DNA of 64,000 nt, taken from Amoebidium appalachense (lineage: Eukaryota > Protista > Ichthyosporea). Position numbers and translations under genes: made by a program. The stretch is taken from NCBI GenBank assembly GCA_963693365.1, contig CAVNZM010000014.1, positions 5,270,001 to 5,334,000 on the forward strand, read 5' to 3'. This document shows, piece after piece, positions 55,038 to 64,000 of the stretch. Each line of letters begins with the position of its first letter. Within the stretch, counting starts at the first letter, position 1. A model generated the notes under the pieces. That model was not told where the DNA came from. It searched no databases and was given only the letters and a program-made list of their open reading frames with translations.

Positions 55038-55408
55038 GACCACGGCACCTACCGTAGCCATATATGGAAACTCGAAAAAACCGTTTTTACGAAAGGGTGC
55101 CCCTACGTAAATCTTGTCGTTTGGGCAGCCCGTGGCCGTTCCCACATTTTGCAGTCAGCTGTGCTTTACTAAGGTACAAATCTGCATGCCTCAAAGTATC
55201 CTTATCCGAGGAGGGTTGCTCCTTATTATATGCTTAAGAAATCTGATTTGGGCTCAATCTAAACACTATCACAACCACCACCACCGGTGGTGACCGCCAA
55301 ACCATTCACCCATGGCCACCTGGGGGCCGGGATATGCAATGGGCATGCAGTAGTTATGAATCATGGCATCTGCGGGTGGCATTTGTTTGGTGCTTCCCCC
55401 GAGTTTAT

Positions 55409-55448
<40 letters not shown>

Positions 55449-56038
55449 CCCCTCCCCATCTCCCCCAAACCGTGGGCCTTCCCTCCCCCCCCCCCCCCCC
55501 CCCCTCCCCCTCCCCTCTGCCCCTTTCCTCCCCTCCTCCAGCTCTCCCTCTCCCCTCGGGGCCCTACTGCCAGGTGGCTACCCATCCACCCAGTATAATC
55601 CATTTTTGATGCATATAAAACCACGGGAGGCATGCTAAGCTGTGTCTTCAAGCCACTTCAACCACCAAAGTAGTAAGGAGCCAGTAACTCTTTTTGAAGT
55701 TTTCAGTGTTCTGCAAGTGGGTAAATACACGTTAGAAGATAAAAAAGCATGAATCAAGTTGAGCCCCTAAGTAGTTGCAATATTGCCAACTCTTCCCCCC
55801 TCCCCTCCCCCCCCTCCCCCCCTCCCCCCCTCCCCCCCCCCCCCCCTCTTTCCCCCCTCCCTCCCCCCCCCCCCCCCTCCACCGCCGCGCAATTTAGGTC
55901 ATCTGTGCTGCCAGTCAACCCTTTTTATGCCCCCTCCCCCCCTCCCCCCCTCCTCCCCTCCCTTCCTTTTTCCTCACTAATTTGTTTTTCCCCAATGCTT
56001 TCGGGGTCCAGAGGGAGGTGGGGGGGAGGGGGGGAAAG

Positions 56039-56070
<32 letters not shown>

Positions 56071-57072
56071 GGGGGGGGGGGGGGGGAGGGGGGGAGGGGG
56101 GGGGGGAGGGGGGGGGGATGTAACTTTTAATCTTCTGCATTATTATGATGACCTTTTACCTAGTTTTAGGTTAGTGCCATACAGAGATGCTGACCTGTTC
56201 ACATTCAGCTTTCACGTTCCTCTGGTGATCGATATATCTGGAGTGGGGGTTTCACAACAGTCACACACAGACAGGTGCAATGAAATAACCGGAAGAGGGG
56301 TGGGGTGGCACTGCGGTGGGGTGGTGTGGTGTGAAGGTGCACGCGCGCACACACGCGCACGCGCGCGCGCGCATGTGTGTCAAGAAAAATTTCCACGGGT
56401 TTGTCTGCCTCAAGGTTAAAACAATCGTCCTGGTGCAGCATTAGCCTCCTAAGGTGGGGAGGTGGGGGGGGGGGGGGGGGGGAGGGGGGGGAGGGCGAGG
56501 GAGGGGGGGCGGGGGGGGGGAGAGGGGGGATGGGACTGTTTTGATAGCACCACATACCGTCCAAGCGTCAACTCCAGTTGCACTTAGAGGAGTATAAAAT
56601 CATGCCTTACAACGGAGCAAAAGCTAAGTGATGGTTTAATTTGCCTGCAGAATCGGAAAGGGAGTACAGATAGAGACATTGGTCGGATGTATTCAGGCCG
56701 TGGTTTATCCTTTATTTTCGCTTCTAAAGGCCTAAACCTTTGGGTGATCATGAAAAAAAAAGGGAAGCATACACCATTACGATACATTGAACAACAACAA
56801 TCACTTCAGCTCTCAGGGGTCAAAAAATAAAATAAAACAATCACGAGTTTAAAAAACAACAACAACAACAACAAAAAAAAAACTCTTTAAATGGTTAAGA
56901 AAATACGCTTTTCAGTCGCAACACGGAGGACTATGTTACAAAAACAAAAAAAAATCAATTTAAAAAACATCTCATGTGATATCGTGGAAAAAATCCATCT
57001 GTTCATCAAACACGCTGATATGTACATTTGTAACCATATTTGGAAACTTCGACAAAAACTCCCTGAACTTAA

Positions 57073-57219
57073 AGGGGGTTTTTCTTTTGGGCATCCGGAT
57101 CGGGTCAGACCCGGATGGGATACATGCAATATGATTGGCTTGGTGCACATCACACAGCATTTGGCCCAACCCGAGGATCAAAAAAAGATGACAATAGTTC
57201 GGCATAAAAGAAACCCCCT
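57073..57219. mobile_element. 147-bp MITE with TTAA target duplication (Kolobok-like termini AG..CT)
   Basis: TTAA|agggggtttttctttt ... aaaagaaaccccct|TTAA, with an internal hairpin catccggatc..gacccggatg. Confidence 0.7.
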
Positions 57220-57607
57220 TTAAACTGGGACACCTGCAATAGAATAGTACTGTATAAGCATTGAATACGATCGCCACCGATAAAGATAATCACAACAATA
57301 TAACTACATTGCCTGCAGTTCCTGTTGGTAATGTATGAAGGCAATATCTGTATGGAGTTCAGCTGCATTTGCACCATTCTGGCCGTGTCCGTTTCTCATT
57401 GAAACGTGTACAAACAGGCAAACACATAATTACAGCGCAATTGGAGTAGTTACAAGAATAAATCGGAAAAAAGTGCTTTGAACAACATATAAAACAGTTT
57501 TTAGCCTGAAAACAAATTAAGAAAAAGTACGATCCAATCCTGTATATACCAATTTTTTGTGGCCCACCTATCCGGGAAGCTCACAAATACCCTTGTTTCC
57601 GACCGTT

Positions 57608-64000
<6,393 letters not shown>

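Noticed and set aside
56891-57223. 110-aa ORF
   Set aside because: Overlaps an A-rich tract and a MITE; no recognisable protein features.

Overview
Eukaryotic, intron-rich genomic DNA with extreme simple-sequence content: poly-G/poly-C tracts and (GT)n, (GA)n, (CGTG)n and (AAT)n repeats fill nearly every intron and intergenic gap. Most of the supplied ORF track is therefore artefactual. Hand splicing supports these genes: (1) the 3' end of a + strand gene with a Pro/Thr-rich last exon; (2) an intronless ACR3 arsenite-efflux gene (11592-12836); (3) a compact 3-exon - strand gene at 16.4-17.2 kb whose best splice model contains one in-frame UGA; (4) two convergent multi-exon hypothetical genes (about 20.3-22.1 kb + and 22.6-24.2 kb -); (5) a long + strand gene (about 25.7/27.3-41.6 kb) encoding a divergent SRA/YDG domain and a long disordered tail; (6) a - strand gene ending in a MYND zinc finger (57.6 kb to beyond the window end). 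Mobile and repeat content: a young 569-bp TRIM with two apparently identical 246-bp LTRs, a 5-bp TSD and a PPT, whose primer-binding site matches the 5' end of a tRNA-Ala/Cys-type sequence rather than a tRNA 3' end; two TTAA-flanked Kolobok-like MITEs; a foldback-type element; a 36-bp minisatellite; a short dispersed repeat that runs into poly-C; and two clusters (about 4-9 kb and 42-54 kb) of a decayed, apparently protein-derived repeat family. All gene models are manual and unverified by RNA data, homopolymer lengths may be unreliable, and the organism cannot be identified from the sequence alone.
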